A stretch of DNA of 64,000 nucleotides from Mobula hypostoma (GCF_963921235.1 NC_086098.1:155806001-155870000); one strand, 5' to 3'; counted from the first letter of the stretch, positions 23,683 to 36,900 are shown. Translations and numbers: made by a program. Notes: generated from the letters alone by a model not told the origin.

Positions 23683-24005
23683 TCAAGTACAGCGGGATCT
23701 TGCGATATTTGCCCGTAGAGGGTTTGTTTGGGTCTCGTGTTTTACCACACAGGAGTAAAGCTCGTGTGAGTTCCAGTCTGAGGCTTTCAATGTCAGGTAA
23801 CTGCTCACGCTGAACGTGTTGTCCGTCTCCTGTTGCAGTCGGCTGTTCTCAACGCCGTTCCTTCTCGCGCTGCCGTCCACAGCCCACTCAACATCCACAG
23901 CTCCCGGATTAAACCCGCTCACTAAACACACAAGGGTGGCGCTGCCCTTTACCCTGATTTCGTCCGCTGAAGGGGGCAAGACCGACACGACTGGGGGCCG
24001 AGGAT
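23683..24005 (-). CDS. IGLC: IgL constant exon C1
   Basis: C1-set Ig domain with ATLVCLVSGFNPG, EW, YSCVVKH and penultimate Cys; acceptor ttttaaaccag|AT. Confidence 0.97.
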
Positions 24006-26457
24006 CTGGTTTAAAAAAAACAGTGGCGGTTATGAAAAAGCCATAGAACCGTTCTTGCATCGCACTGACACATTCAATGTAATTAAACAAAACGTTTTTA
24101 TCTCTACACCTTCCCAAATAAGAAATCCATCCCGACTGTTTAGGCAGCACAATAATTTTCATTAAGGATGTTGGAATAAATCTAACAATACGACAGGAAT
24201 TACTTCTTTTAGTTCATTTTCACGGTTAATAAACAGGAAATATCGACATGATTTGTGAAGTGCATAATTGTGCAAAGTTAATTATTGTCTATTTACATAG
24301 CTGTCTCACATAGAAGAACCAATTACTCCTCGGGAACCCTAAAGTTCGAGAAGTACGATGCTAAATAGTTAAGTAGAAATATAAAATTGTGAAATTTGAA
24401 CTGTACTGATTCAATATCCCAAATTTTAAACCTTCTGTAATTCAGTTTAATATTCGAAAGCTATCAGTTCTGTTCTCCCTGTCGTGCTTTATTTTGAAAA
24501 CGTGTTGCAGCTAAAAGTAGATTTTTCAAATTAGTAATGTGATGCGTTAGAATCTTTTCATAACTGAATGAAGCAATCAAATTGTTAATGTTAAGCTTTA
24601 ATATTGAACAAAATGATCTTTAACAGTTTATGATGAAGAAGATACCCCGTAATGCAAAGAAACGAGGAAAATGCAGATACTGAATTTCTGAAATAAAATC
24701 TAAAAATGGTGGGTTACCCAAAAGTTTTTTATACTTTTATACTATATGAAGAGAAAAACGAACGAAATATTATAGGCCATTTCTGAAGTATTGTGGACAG
24801 AACACGTGGCCTAATTTCGCTCTCTGGATATCCTATATAGTAATTGTGAGAACGCGGGTGCTCAGGAATACGAACAGCCTCTATGTTTCCGTTCTTTCCT
24901 GTATTCGATTCTTCTCGGTGCCACAAACTCCTGTTGGGTTTCTTTCTATGTTACTTCCGAAGTAGACAGCTTTCATTGCAACTGAGATTTTGAATTTTAC
25001 GACCACGGGAACAAATACTCCGCGTAGCGTCTGGGAACACACATAAAAGTTGCTGGTGAACGCAGCAGGCCAGGCAGCATCTCTAGGAAGAGGTGCAGTC
25101 GACGTCTCGGCCTGAAACGTCGACTGCACCTCTTCCTAGAGATGCTGCCTGACCTGCTGCGTTCACCAGCAACTTTTATGTGTGTTGCTTGAATTTCCAG
25201 CATCTGCAGAATTCCTGTTGTTTGCGTAGCGGCTGGGATTGGATTGTACCAGTCACAGCCTAACCAGCATAAGTATTTATTGATATCAATTTATGTAGAT
25301 ATACAGCGCAGAAAAGGCACTTCCTCTTCCGCACCGCCCGCAAACCCTTGAGAATCCCCGATTACTTCTAATTATTTAACAAGAGACGGCAATAAGATTG
25401 CAATTGGTATAAAAGGTATAAAATGGTATATGTTCGATGTTTCTGGGCAAATAGAAGAACGCACAAAATAAACTCGGCTCAACATAAGCCATGCAAATCG
25501 TGAGGGTACCTATTAAGACTGTCAGGGATCCATTTTTAGAACCGCTGTGAACACTGCATCGCGGTAACACAGTACCAACTGACAAACAAAACGATCATTC
25601 ATTGTCAGCTGCAAACGCTCTGGGTGCTACTTTTCTTTTATATTTTGAAATTGAGAGCTATTTCATGAAAGGTTGGAGGAAACTATTAACTTTCATTTCC
25701 AATTGTTCTGTTCAACCGTTCGAACGGGAGGGGGAAACGTGCGCAGGCAGTGAGGGGTTGTGGGCGGGTGAGGGTGGTGATGTTGACGATGTGGTTAACG
25801 TTAGAACAGGAGAGCAAGATTCGATAAAGACAAACTCATTATGGTTGCATATTCTCGGCAGATTTAAAGTTAGATTATGCAATTAATTTAGAACGTTAAC
25901 AATAACTCACACAGTGCCTTAGAAAGAAGAAATTTTACTTACTGCCCACTGCCACCCTTGTTCCTTTTCCAAATATTAAGGCGTTTTTCCACATGGCGCA
26001 GTAATAGTCCGCTGCGTCCTCCGATTGAACGTTGGATATTGTAAAATATCCCGTATTGCCCGACTGAGAACCGGAGAACCTTTCTGAAACTCCCGGACCT
26101 CGTCCAGGGCTTCCCTTGCTGGACCAATAATAGACTAAAAGTCGGGGAGTCTTTCCGGGAATCTGCTGATACCAGGACACACCGTCATAATTCCCTAAAC
26201 TGGCCCCGGACATGGTACAGCTTAATTGTAAGTTCTGCCCCGGACTGATCGACTTCGATAGCGGCTGAGTTACTGTAACTTCTGCGCGTAAATCTGAAAA
26301 AAATGCGACATATTTATAACAATAGTTTATAATGAAAAACGTGAGGGAAACGTTCCGGTGAATCGTCCTTGAGAAGAAATCTAATATCGCGGAAAATAAA
26401 ATACTTACAATTCGCAAGATAAAGGAGCGCACTGACAACACGGATCCAGTAAGACAT
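23683..26457 (-). CDS. IGL: Immunoglobulin light chain, lambda-like C, germline-joined VJ; exons 26457-26409, 26293-25943, 24005-23683 (723 nt, 240 aa)
   Basis: All introns GT-AG and phase 1; the spliced frame is open: MSYWIRVVSALLYLANYLRA-EVTVTQP...C...WYQQ...DYYC-AMWKNALI-FGKGTRVAVG-NPRPPVVSVLPPS...ATLVCLV...YSCVVKHE...RSRCT*. Confidence 0.95.
25030..25223. mobile_element. Penelope-end-derived fold-back insertion (70-bp arms, 11-nt loop) with 8-bp TSD GCGTAGCG
   Basis: Arms 25036-25105 and 25117-25186 match 69/70; TSD at 25022-25029 and 25224-25231; empty site in the paralog near 42310. Confidence 0.9.
25943..26293 (-). CDS. IGLV-J: Germline-joined V-J exon
   Basis: Continuous frame from FR1 through YYC, an 8-aa CDR3 and FGKG with no RSS or intervening DNA; acceptor tttttttcag|AT, donor GGCA|gtaagt. 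Confidence 0.95.
26409..26457 (-). CDS. IgL leader exon
   Basis: ATG...AAT T|gtaagt encodes hydrophobic MSYWIRVVSALLYLAN; 115-bp intron to the V exon. Confidence 0.9.
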
Positions 26458-26565
26458 TGTAAATGACCGAATTAAGTCGGGCAGGGCAACAATTTCTGGA
26501 TGAAGTGGTTTGTAAACTTGTTGCCAACGCGCTTATGAAGTATGTTGCAAAGTGTCACCTCATTA

Positions 26566-26573
26566 ATGCAAAT
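26566..26573 (-). promoter_or_regulatory. Ig promoter octamer ATTTGCAT
   Basis: Perfect octamer in light-chain orientation ~110 bp upstream of the ATG; weak TATA-like cttcataagc at 26531-26540. Confidence 0.9.
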
Positions 26574-29307
26574 TATGGCGTTCCTTTGGCCAATCAGAAG
26601 TTGTCAGCTTCTCCGTGTGTCCCCATTCAAGCCAGAAATAGTTTTAAGTTCGGTATTTCTGATCATTTCGATGTATTTTTAAATATTACAAGCAAACATT
26701 ACATGAAAGAACGGTCGTTTAATTTTGGATTCTGTACGCTTATTTGCACGGTACTCAATACCAGATAAGTTTTCCACGAGTTTATTCAGGACTCTTCAAC
26801 TGGGATAAAACAAAACAGAATTTCTTAATCGGATTATTGTGATCAGAGACGTTCTACGAGGCAGCGCTGCATATTATGTATATAAGATGTAGAATCTTAA
26901 GTGTAATGAAGAAAAGAAACAGATCTCCCAGGCCACCAAGTCCATACCAGGTCAAGTATACACCCACCTACCTCTATATTAATCCCATTTTCCTGCATGG
27001 GAGCCGTAGGCTAACTTCAGAACAACATTAAACCGATGAAAAAGTTTCACAGGAAATAAATTCTGGGTTGTTGTTCAGGAAGGCAATTACAATGAAATGT
27101 ATTCTCTGCGTTGAGTGAGCTGTCGGGGCTGTGCCACAAACTTTTCCCCAGCACACGGCAGCAACATCGGTGCTCCGGGCAGGTTCATAAATCATAAATC
27201 AGCAGGTTCATTGCACTTGAATTTGGTGAAGGCACAAATAAGCTTAACCGACCCGGTGATGGTAACGTACAAAGTGATTAACGTCAAAAAACAAAATGTC
27301 GTTGTTCATCGGGATGTTGCAAACAAAAACCTGCTGCTCTGTTTTAAGCGGTTCATCACATCCGCGTATAGTATCATTCAATCAGGAGCAGCATCAAGTA
27401 TCAGGATTTCATATGATTGGTACATATTCAATATACTGTATAACACCAGACAATTTCTCTCGGTGCAGAAGCAATGAAAATTAGAAATTAGCCCTGAATC
27501 AATGACAGAAGTTGCGCCATGTAACTCATCAGCTCACTGTGCTCAGATTCCGAAATTTAATTTCTACTTTTTAATTAACTGCTGTTATAAGAGTTGCTTC
27601 AGTAATGTTCAGAAGTTCTTCGGATTTCTTACGTGCGGCAGCGACGTCTGTTGCCAGGATTTAAAACATGTACGGTTGAGGCGCCCTGGAAGAACGGATC
27701 ATAAAGTAATACGGTGCTACTTTTTTCTAGACTGCAGGAGAGTGCTAATGTCATTTTGAATCTTCCTACAAATTAGAAGCACCTTCGGCTTCCTGCCTGT
27801 TCTCGTGTCTGTCTAAATGCCGCTTAAGCGTTGCTATTGTATTTATTTTCAACACTTCACCATAAAGTGTTGTCCAGTCACCCACTCTCTGATTGTGTAA
27901 CTTGCCTTGTCACGTCAGGTTTATTGTCATTTGTACATATATACCGTCAAACGAGACAACGTTTCTCTGAACCAGGATGTAAAAGCACGGTAGCAAATAT
28001 AACAGACACATAACGCACACTAACTTAGGAGAGTAAGGATAGAATCTACAGTAGAACTGCGCATAAATTAAATATTGTAAGGTAGAGAACAGATTAACCG
28101 GTGACACTTCGAATGTGATGCGGCTGTGAGTTCAGAAGCTTAATGGCCTGAAGGAAGAGACTCTCTCCCATCCTGACGTTCTTGCTTTTATGCTTCGGAG
28201 TCTCCTGCCTGATGTTTGGAACTCAAACAGGAAGGTAGATGGATGGATAGGATAAGAGCATGAGACTATAAGGCATAGGAGCAGAATTAAGCCACTCCGC
28301 CCATCGGGTCTATGCCGCCATTGGATCATGGCTCATCCTGGATCCCAGTCAACCCCATACACCTGCCTTCCCGTCATATCCGTTCACGCCCTGACAAATC
28401 GAGAAACAATCAACATCCGCTTTAAGCGATGCCTGTGCATTTGGTCTCGACCACAGTTTGTGGAAGTACATTCAACAAATTCACTACTCTCTGGTGAAAG
28501 AAATTCCTGTGTGCCTCTGTTCTAAAGGTCTCCCCTGAAATTTGAGACTGTGCCCTCCAGTTCTGGATACCCCCGCTATGGTAAACATCTTCTCCACATC
28601 CACGTTATCTCGACATTTCAACATTCGGTAGGTTTGAGTGAGATCCCCCAGCATTCTTCTAAATTCCAGTGAGTAGAGGCCCAAAGCTGCCAAACGCTCG
28701 TCAGATCTTAACCCCTTCATTCCGGGAATCATCCTCGGGAACATCCTCTGGACTCTGTCCAATGACAATTCATCTTTTCTGAGTTTTGGGGGCTAAAACT
28801 GCTGATAATATTCCAAGTGTGGCCTGAATAGTGGCTTATAAAGCCTCAGCGTTATCTCATTGCGTTTTATATTCCATTCCTCTTGAAATAAATGTCAACA
28901 TTGCATTTGTCTTCATTACCACAGACTCAGTCTGTGACTTAACCTTCTGATAGTCTTGCACGAGGATTCCTAATTTCCCCTGCACCTCTGATGTTTGAAT
29001 TTTCTCCCCATTTAGATAATAGACTGCACTATCATTTCTTTTTACCAAAATATATTATCATACGTTTTCCAACACTGTATTCCAACTGCCACCTTTTCCC
29101 CCATTCTTCCAATTTGTCTGATCACTGGTGCAATCCTATGGCTTCTTCGGCACCACCTACCCCTCCACCTATCTTCGTACCCGCAAACATTGCAACAAAT
29201 TCATCACTTCCATTATCTACACGAACACGAGGAAACCTGCAGATGCTGGAAATTCAAACAACACACACAAAATATGCTGGTGAACACAGCATGTATCTGA
29301 AGAAATA

Positions 29308-29344
29308 CAATCGACGTTTCAGGCCGAGATCCTTCGTCAGAACC
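29308..29344 (-). ncRNA. Minimal type I hammerhead ribozyme motif (core intact, helix I weakened)
   Basis: ggtt-CTGACGA-AGGatctcggCCT-GAA-ACGT-C-gatt. Confidence 0.6.
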
Positions 29345-29637
29345 TACTGAAAGAAGAGATAGTAAGAGAATTGAAAGTGGGAAGGGGAGGGGGAGATCCG
29401 AAATGATAGGAGAGGACAGGAGGAGGAGGGATGGGGCTAAGATCTGGAACAATGATTGGAAAAAGGGATACGAGGCTGGAGAAGAGAGAGGATGATGGGA
29501 CGAGAGGCCTAGGGAGCTAGAATGGGGGAAGAGAGCCCAGAGGATGGGCAAGTAGTTATAGTGAGAGGGACAGCGGGAGAAAAGAGGGAGAGAGAGAAAG
29601 AGGGAAAAAGTGGGGAGGGAATCATCATCATAAATAA

Positions 29638-29638
<1 letters not shown>

Positions 29639-29689
<51 letters not shown>

Positions 29690-29735
29690 ATAAATGCATA
29701 GATAAAATGAATGAATAAACAGATAGATAGATAGA
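29639..29735. repeat. (GATA)n microsatellite
   Basis: Direct observation. Confidence 0.95.
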
Positions 29736-32700
29736 TAAGTGATTGAGTATGATGGGGAGATGGGGCATCAGCGGAAGTTAATGTTAGAGAAGACAATGTT
29801 CATGCCATCAGGTTTGAGGCTACCCAGACGGAATATAAGGTGTTGTTCCTCTAACCTGAGTGTGCCTTCATCTTGACAGTAGAGGAGGCCGTGGATGGAC
29901 ATATCAGAATGGGAACTGGACCTGGAATTAAATATGTGGCCACTGCGAGATCTTGCTCTCTCTGGCGGACAGAGCGTAGGTGTTCACCGAAACGGTATCC
30001 CAGCCTGCGTCGGGTCTCGCCAATATATAGAAGGCCGCATCGGGAGCACCGGACTCAGTATATCACCCCAGCCGACTTCGTACCCTATTCCTTATTTATA
30101 TATTTATTTATTTATTATTATGATGATGATTTTCCCCTTTTCTCTCTCTCTCTTTTTTCTCCTTCTGTCCCTTTCACTATCACTCCTTGACCATCCTCTG
30201 GGCTCTCTCCCTTTCTTTCTCCCTGGGCCTCGTGTCCCATGATCCTCTCCTTTCTCCAGCCAATCATCTTTCCAGCTCTTAGCTCCATCCCTCCCCCTCC
30301 TGTCTTCTCCTGTCATTTCGGATCTTCCCCTCCCCTCCCACTTTCAACTCTCTTACTATCTCTTCTTTCAGTTAGTCCTGAAACGTCGACTGCACCTCTT
30401 CCTATAGATGCTGAGTTCACCATTATCTAAATCATTGACAAGCAATGCGAAAAGTAAAGGTCCAAATACTGACGCCTGAGGAACACTACTAGTCACTGGC
30501 AGCCAATCAAAAAATGTCCTCTATATGCCCACTCACTGCCTCTTGTCTGTCAGCCATTCCTTTATCCATGTCAGTATCTTTCCTGTAACGCCATGGGAGG
30601 TTATCTTGTTAGGCAGCCTCACGAATGTCATCTTCTCAAATGCCTTCTGAAAATCCAAGTAAATGACATGCACTACCTTTCTATTGTCGATCCTGCTTGT
30701 GTCTTTCTCGAAGAACTCTAAAAGATATGTCAGCAAGATTTCCCTTTACAGAAGCCATGTTGGCTGACTAATTTTATCACTAGTCTCCAAGTACCCCGAA
30801 AATGCATCACTAATAATAGTCTGCAAAATATTCCCTACCACTACGGTTAGGCTAACTAGTCTATAATTTCCTTTCTTTTGACTTTCTCCCTTCTTAAACA
30901 GTGGAGTGACATTTGCAATTTTCCAGTTCTCCGGGACCATGTCATCATCAAGTGATCCATTATCTTCCCAGCACCCTCTTTCAGGACTCAAGGATGTAGT
31001 ACATCTAGTCCAGATGACATATCTACATTAAAACCATTCAGTTTGCCTGGCGTTTCTTCCTTTGTAATACCAATGACCCTCACTCCTGCTCCCTGACACT
31101 CACACACTGCTAATGTCCTCCACAGTGAAGACTGATGCAAAGTACTCATTACGTACATCTGCCATTTCTTCCAACCCTACTACTACCTCACTAGCATCAC
31201 ATTCCAATGGCCCAATATCAACTCTCACCTCTCTTTTACTCCTTGTGTAGCTGAAAAAAATAGTATTCTGCTTTATATTATTGGCTACTTTGCCCTCATA
31301 TTTCATCTTTTCCTTTCTTACTGATTTTTATTTGCCTTTTGTTGGATTTTAAAAGCTTCCGACTCACTTTTGCTACCTTACGTGCCTTTTCCTTGGCTTA
31401 ATGCTGTCCTCAACATCCCTTGTAAGCCACATTTGCCTGCCCATGCTGCTTGAGAACTTCTTCTTCTGTGGGACATATCTATCCTGCGCTATGTGAACTG
31501 TTTCCAAAAACTACAGCCACCTCTGCTCTGCCGTTATCCCTGCCAGTATCCTCCTCCAATCTGCCTGAGTACGCTCCTCTCTCATGCTTCTGTAATTGCC
31601 TTTATTCCACTGCGATACTAATAGATGTGACTCATTCTTCTCCCACTGAGATTGCAGTATGAATTCATCCTATCATGATCACTGCGTCCTAGGGTTTCCT
31701 TTACGCTAAGCTCCCTAATAAGATCCGGGTTATTACACAACATCCAATCTGAGATAACCTTTCCAAGAGCAGACTCAAGCACAAGCTGTTCTAAAAATCC
31801 ATCTTGAGGGCATTCAACAAATTCCCTCTCTTTTAATCCGACACCGAGCTCATTTTCCTAATCCCTCTGTATATTGAAGTCCCCCATTGCAATTGTGAGG
31901 TTATACTTATTATATGTCCTTTCCCGCTCCCTTTGCAATCTCAACCGCACCTCTTGGCCATTATTTGGAGGCCTATCTATGATTCCCATAATGGATTACT
32001 TTTACCCTTGCCGTTTCTTTACTTCACCCACAAAGATTCTACATTCTCTGTCCCTGTGCCACCTCTTTCTGAAGATGTAATACCATCTGTTCACAGCAGA
32101 ACCACACCAGCGCCTAAACCCTCCTGCCTGCTGTCTGTCCTTTCGATACAAAGTACATCCTTTGATGTTAAGCTTCTGACTACGGCCTTCTTTTAGCCAC
32201 GACTTAATGATGCCCGCAACATCATACCGACCAATTCTTAATTGCGCATATTGCAAAGGTTGTTGCTGTATTAAAATGACAGGGTCCAATTTAGCCAAAC
32301 AAAGCGACCTTTGGATCTGGAAAGGTGAGACTAAATAAGCCTGCACCCTATTCACCAGGTAGAACATTTTGATTAGAGTTGCTGCTGACATTCTCCTGTA
32401 ACGTTCTTACTCACGTTACCCTTCCCCTTCTCTTTTGTTTTCCCTGAACTACAGGAGGGGAAGTGGGCATTAGGGAGGTTCCCTGTCCATTTTTATATTT
32501 AGAGGGTGAAGGAAGAAGTGAGTTTCCTGAGGTGTACTCAGTTTCACGCTCTCCTCCGTTATAATGATGTGGCCTCTGAATGTTCCCTCTGTCCTTGGAG
32601 TAGTATCTTGGTCTAAAACTTTCTTATGTAAAGAAAGTTGTGGAGCCAAAGAGAATGGCCCATACCTAGCGTCTAGCAATCTGGTTTGTGAGTAAATATC

Positions 32701-33430
32701 TCTTCTTGAGGTAGGTGGTCTCCAGGGAACGTGAGCAGTCTGATGATTACATTTCCTTGCTGAGATGTTGGTGTAGCAGAACGCTGTGAATGTGATTGAT
32801 CTGAGGAATGAGATTGGTTTCATTACTTTGTTATTGACCCTAAGTTCCTAAGTTCCCTTTAGAGGTAAATAGGGAGGTCTCTGTGCTGGCAATTCGTTGC
32901 CCAATTATAGACATGACCGTCAATTGTCCATTTCTCTCCATAGATGCTAGAAGGACCAGCAAAGTTCCTCCAGCTTTTTGAATGTTCGCCGTATCAGTAT
33001 TATATTAATTCGGAAAGCTAGAAGAGTTGCGTGGAAAATTAAATACTCGGGGGAATACGTGGTAAAAGGCTGCTAAATTGCGTCTGTGAGAGCGCTAATC
33101 GCTGTCAGCTAACGCTAGTTATGCACTGGAAGTTCATGGACTGTAGCTGTTAAAGCAGAAATGACAGACATCTGATTCGATTGTCCGTGGTTTGCCGCTG
33201 AATTATTGCTGCGAGATATGACATCTGTTCCCACAATTGAGACTGAGCTTGCGAAATGCGATTATCTGCTGCATTACTTCAGTCACTTCTCCCAAACAGA
33301 TTCGATCACCTGTAACTTCTACCCTATATGGTCAATGAATCTTAGGGCCAAGGTGAGTTGCTTTCTCTCTACTGTATCTGTTTTTGTTGGCGGGTCTCAC
33401 AGTCAGAACGTTCCTATATGGTCCAAGTGT

Positions 33431-33432
<2 letters not shown>

Positions 33433-33478
<46 letters not shown>
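33433..33478. repeat. (GA)n microsatellite
   Basis: Direct observation. Confidence 0.95.
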
Positions 33479-33479
<1 letters not shown>

Positions 33480-33904
33480 AAGCGGGTCGAGAACTGTTAC
33501 AGAATTTAAGAGGAAAGAAAAAAATAAACGCCATGCCAACAGGGCCGTTAACTGAAAGTCAAATTCCACCAATGTGGCTGGAAGCAATACTGCAATACTA
33601 AATAACTACCGCTCCTTTCCAGCGTCAGTCTAAAGGGTTGTCCTGTTTTTCCGGACAGGAAGGAGATTGCGCAGGCAGCGTATCGTTGCTGTGCTTTGAG
33701 TCGAGTCTCAACAATTTTGTCATGAGCAAAATTGCCGACCCGTTGTGCAGCCCAACTGCGGAGCCGCATAGACCCCCAGCAGAGTAGGTGGTTGTTGGAC
33801 GTTTACCACCTCATTCACATTCCGTGGCTCCCGATATAAATTCCCCACTTTTCCCTTTAGTAGCCAGTGTCTCTCTTGCGACTCTCTTTTTCAACGCATG
33901 TATA

Positions 33905-36900
33905 AACTGCTTCGAAATTCTCAATTCCAATAGGCAAGGACATTTATTGGCCCCTTTTATTCTTGCTTTTCTCTCTTACTTCCTGTATTTTCTTCTATTT
34001 CCCGTCCGATTACAGGTTGTAAAACTTTACATATGCCTCCTTTTCCATTTTCACCAAATTTGAAACATCTCTCATCATCCAAAGTTTTGTTGCCTTGCCA
34101 TCCTTGTCTTTGATGCTTAAAGGATTGCGTAGGTCTTGATTTCTGACCGTGAAACAGCTCTCACTTGTTAAGTGTGCAGTTACATGACCACAACCGCTCC
34201 CTATCTACTCTCCGCGTGCCTGCTGCAAGTAGTATTTCACAAATTAGCACAATTTATTCAACAAATTATGCTCCAATAAACCGTTCGTCTTTCAAAAAGT
34301 CGCAATTAATGTTGCGGATACGAAAGTTACCCCGTACAATTAGGCTGTTGCTATTGCCTCTTTCCATGCTCCGCTTGCTTATTTGGTCTGCGATCTTTGG
34401 CTGTTCCAATACTTAGACTATACCGTATACTGATTGTACCTTCACCATGCTTCATTCCAAAAGTTCGTCCTGTCACTTACGTAGTTTATAACCAGCAGAA
34501 CGCCTGTAGACAAACGGACATGGACAGCAGGTCAACATCGCAGATTGCAATTTAATATTCAAGTCACGGTGTCTGGGAAATACGTTGCCGTCTGTCTAAT
34601 ATTGCTTCGGCTAAATCTTAGGATATTGTATATAATTAGCAGTAACAGCACGAAAGGGGCTCCAGTTGCTCGAAGCGGCTTAGCACGAGCCTTTCTTTCT
34701 ATAATGGAGCCGTAGTATCAATGAATTGCGATGAGTTTAGCCGGAGACTCAGAGAGAGTGACTGAGAGGGAGAGTGAGAGTGTGACAAAGCGAATTAGTG
34801 AGAGAGCAAGAGAGTGAGAAGGGGGGACAGAGAGATAGCTCTGTATTGTACAGCTGATGACAATTCGGAGTTCGATCTTCAAAGAACGTTTATTATCAAA
34901 TTATGTATACTATATGCAACTTTGAGATTCGTCTCCTTACAGGAAACCACAAAACAAAGAAACCCGATAAAATTAATTAAAAACGAAGACCGTCAAACAC
35001 ATAGAGTGCAAGGGGTAAAAAAAACAAAGCGTCCAAACAATCAAAGTAAGCAAATGACATTCAGAACTGAAGTTTGCGTAAGTGAGCCCACCGGCACGAA
35101 GCCAGTCGTCACCTCGACTGGTTCAGGAGACCGTTAGTTGCAGGCCACAGCCTCACAGTTCAGTGCAGAGACGAGTAAACATCGTGGAGCAGCGAGCGGC
35201 ATACCGGTGCACCCATCGCCTCCCTGACACCCTGGTATTTTCATTCCGGCCTGGCGCTTAAATTGGCTTAATCTTAGGTTGTTCCTCGATCGCACTCCCG
35301 GGCCCTGCCGCTTCGATAGGTTCCAAGTCCGCTCCAGCAACATCAAAACATTGGCTCTTTTCCTCTCTCTTGCTCCGGATTCACCTCCTCAATTCAGCCT
35401 GAACACAGCACGTCGCAACCGATCTGCACGCTCCAGTCTTCAGATCACACCTCAAAAATGCCAAGTCGCAAAGCCATTTCAAAGGCTGAACTCCAAAACA
35501 AAAATTACAGGCTATTGATTTTAGTGATCGTTATCAAGAAAAAATGTGTGACTAGTAGTCCTTAATCGTGTTTTCTGCCATCAAGTCGTCGTTGTGCTTC
35601 ACCAGAGCCATCTTAAAACGGAAACGAGTTAATTGTCCAGTTACTGTAAGGTTGGGGTCATATATAAGCCTAACTGGGTACGGATGGCAGAATTTATCCC
35701 CTAACGTGCAATAATGAGTCATATAAGCTTCGTGACAATGCGGCTAATATATGATTATCATCATTTAGATGTGTTCTTTTCTTTTTATATCCGCAATGAA
35801 AAGTGATTTTATCATGAATAGAGATACTTACCGTCCAGTCGAGTTGAGTAACTGACTGTGCTGGTGCGAATGTGCGGTGGAAAACAAAACAAAGTATGAA
35901 GCACTTTGGGAGAGTATATAAACTGTCCTTGGAACAGTATTGAGATATCCCAAAAAATGGCGATTTCCTGACACAAGTTTGAAGATATGCATTTGTTGCA
36001 AATACTTTAGTAAATAAAGTCACGATTGAATTCTGGAAAGCGATAAAAATAACTTGTTCTTTCAAGTCAACATAGGTAATCAATTCAAGTAGAGACCGTG
36101 GGCCCTGTGGAGGTCACAAATCCATAGCACCAACTACATGACATATGTCCAGTATAATTGAATGCCCTACCCAATCCTTTATTTAAAATTACACTCAAAA
36201 AGCACGGTGTTGTTAGCGAAAAAAAGCCTTCCCCTTCAGTGGTAAGCTTTAACACTGTTAAATTTTATACAAGACATCTTTTCACTGTAGCTTGGTACAT
36301 GTGACAATAATAAACCAATGCAAACCGCTGAAGAATAATGGCTGCAATGTATATAATCTATTAAATTCTTTGCAGTTAACCAATAATCACAACACACCTG
36401 CCAAACTGGCAACTTTTATCAACAAGAAAGACAATTGTTCCAAGTACATGGGACACCGACAGCAGCGCCAACAACTATAATCCAACCTAAATTGGAAAAA
36501 AAAAACTGTTTTCCCTTTTTTTTTTCACTACGTCCAGCGATGGCAATTCCCCGTCAATAATACTGAGGGAGTCCGGTCAACAGAAGAAGCACAGCGCTGG
36601 AGAAGATCGGCTCACAACTATCCCTTCAAGGCGAATTAAAAACGGCCAGTGACCGCTGGCTTTCTCAGCAGTACGCAAATTGCCAAGACAATCCGGACGT
36701 GAGTGCAAGGGTCAACGCAAATTAACGCTGGTGATAATCTGACTTCCTTCAGTGTAGTTCCAGTAATAGAATTCAGTGACACGTTGGAACAAAGCATATT
36801 TTCTTGAGGTTGTATTTGTCTGCATGGACGTTACTCGCCACAATTAAGATCAATAACCGGAGAACACTGGCGTTTCACTGGAGTCAGGAGCCAATGGCGT

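Larger units (their letters stand above)
29220..30419 (-). mobile_element. Penelope-like insertion with 5' inverted pLTR and 10-bp TSD CCATTATCTA
   Basis: TSD at 29210-29219 and 30420-30429; 29345-29640 is inverted relative to 30090-30375; GIY-YIG remnant at 29800-30075. Confidence 0.88.
28255..32247 (-). mobile_element. Older CR1 LINE, 5'-truncated, decayed, split by a Penelope insertion
   Basis: 3' tail ataaggcataggagcag near 28265; RT remnants MSLDRVQRMFPRMIPG and YLDFQKAF; EN remnants YDVAGII. Partial paralog at 43187-44515. Confidence 0.85.
15676..32920. repeat. Segmental duplication unit 1 of the IgL cluster
   Basis: Non-repeat sequence aligns by eye at roughly 80-90% to 33905-38435 and 38436-45190. 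Confidence 0.85.

Noticed and set aside
25910-25916. CACAGTG heptamer just downstream of the J donor
   Set aside because: No nonamer at 12 or 23 bp spacing and no second J-like segment follows.
33165-33315. Three E-boxes as a possible Ig enhancer
   Set aside because: Short motifs at a density plausible by chance; no paralogous conservation visible in the window.
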